From assembly GCA_963662545.2 (NCBI GenBank), contig CAXXLL010000002.1:1568001-1632000 (forward strand): a stretch of 64,000 bases of DNA, given 5' to 3'. Source of the DNA: Gammaproteobacteria bacterium (GTDB taxonomy: Bacteria; Pseudomonadota; Gammaproteobacteria; Ga0077536). The notes under the pieces are model-generated. The model saw only the letters and a list, made by a program, of their open reading frames with translations, had not been told where the DNA came from and searched no databases. Within the stretch, counting starts at the first letter, position 1; the number at the start of each line of letters is the position of its first letter. A program made the position numbers and the translations under genes. Below are positions 63,253 to 64,000 of the stretch, piece by piece.

Positions 63253-63296
63253 GACCGCGGATTCTTCTCAGCGGCCTAATCGCGGCAGCGCAGCAC
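63253..63296 (+). repeat. Composite repeat copy 4, truncated by IS4
   Basis: TCAGCGGCCTAATCGCGGCAGCGCAGCAC followed directly by the IS end. Confidence 0.8.
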
Positions 63297-64000
63297 TAGT
63301 AACGATTCATAGGTCGGATCTTATAACCCGTTGAAAAGAGGGAACCAAAAGCGCTCCACCCGATCAGATCATGAAATCAACATCAATCAACATCATGATC
63401 TGGGAGTATCGGATGGAGCACAAACAAATTAGCACGGTGAGTCGTCAGTTAAAACGCACGCTAGGCGAGCGCACGCTCAACGATTTGGGGCGTGCAACGC
63501 GGTTCTGTCGGCGTGAACGGGAGATTACGCCGTTCCGTTTAGCGGTGAGCCTGATCGAAAGCTTCGGCGGGCACTCGGCGGGTTGCATTGCCGATATTCA
63601 ACGGGCTTTCAATGCCCTGTGCTCGACCACGGTGCGCTACAAACCGTTTCATAATCAGCTCGCTAAAAAGCAGTTTCCGATGTTTATGCAAGCGCTGCTG
63701 AGCGAATTGCTCAATGGCCTGGCCTGCGATGTCCTCCGATTCGAACCCAACAGCCCATTTGCGCAGTTTGACCACATCCGCATCCAGGACGGCACCTCGT
63801 TTGCGTTAAAACCGGCGCTGAAGGACAGCTTTCCCGGTCGCTTCACGACCGTGAGTCCCGCCGCGGTGGAACTCCATGCCGATCTCGACCTGCTCAGTGA
63901 GACCCTGAACGAGGTCGTACTCAGCCCTGACAGCTCAGCAGAGCGGCAGTTCTTGCCGGCGGTTGAAGAGGTCGCTGGCGGTTTGTTGCTGGCCGACCGT
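63297..64000 (+). mobile_element. IS4-family element running off the window; transposase starts at 63413
   Basis: Open frame MEHKQIS...FCRRER...YKPFHNQL...IQDGTSFAL...FPGRF...AAVELH; IR-like TAGTAACGATTCATA. Confidence 0.85.

Noticed and set aside
52411-63296. CRISPR array or classical integron attC array
   Set aside because: Repeats are kilobases apart with genes between them; no cas genes, no attC core motifs and no IntI-type integrase

Overview
A GC-rich bacterial window, probably from a Gammaproteobacterium (inferred from gene content only). 0-15 kb: a secreted TbpB-barrel-like protein, two 2OG-Fe(II) oxygenases, an IS6 relic and a TonB-dependent receptor. These are followed by a sigma-54 activator facing an operon of fatty-acid desaturase, TatT/DctP/DctQM (TPAT transporter), Baeyer-Villiger monooxygenase and PAP2 protein; the dctQM gene is split by a 179-bp IS30-type MITE. 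16-41 kb: mostly lipid/xenobiotic catabolic and redox enzymes, a TPP riboswitch with thiC, and a TetR-controlled redox module that includes a likely selenoprotein peroxiredoxin (in-frame UGA, W-U-P-Y-C) which the ORF track splits in two. 41-64 kb: a plastic region with ISL3, IS4, IS1182, IS6 and IS256 elements or relics, two MITEs, an IS-split GIY-YIG nuclease, and a tyrosine recombinase + IS91-like Y2 transposase pair. Downstream of that pair, unrelated cargo genes are separated by co-oriented ~24-bp palindromic units and 82-bp composite repeats that are repeatedly hit by IS elements; this is the best candidate for an undescribed cassette-like system. All calls come from motif reading by eye; no database searches were run.
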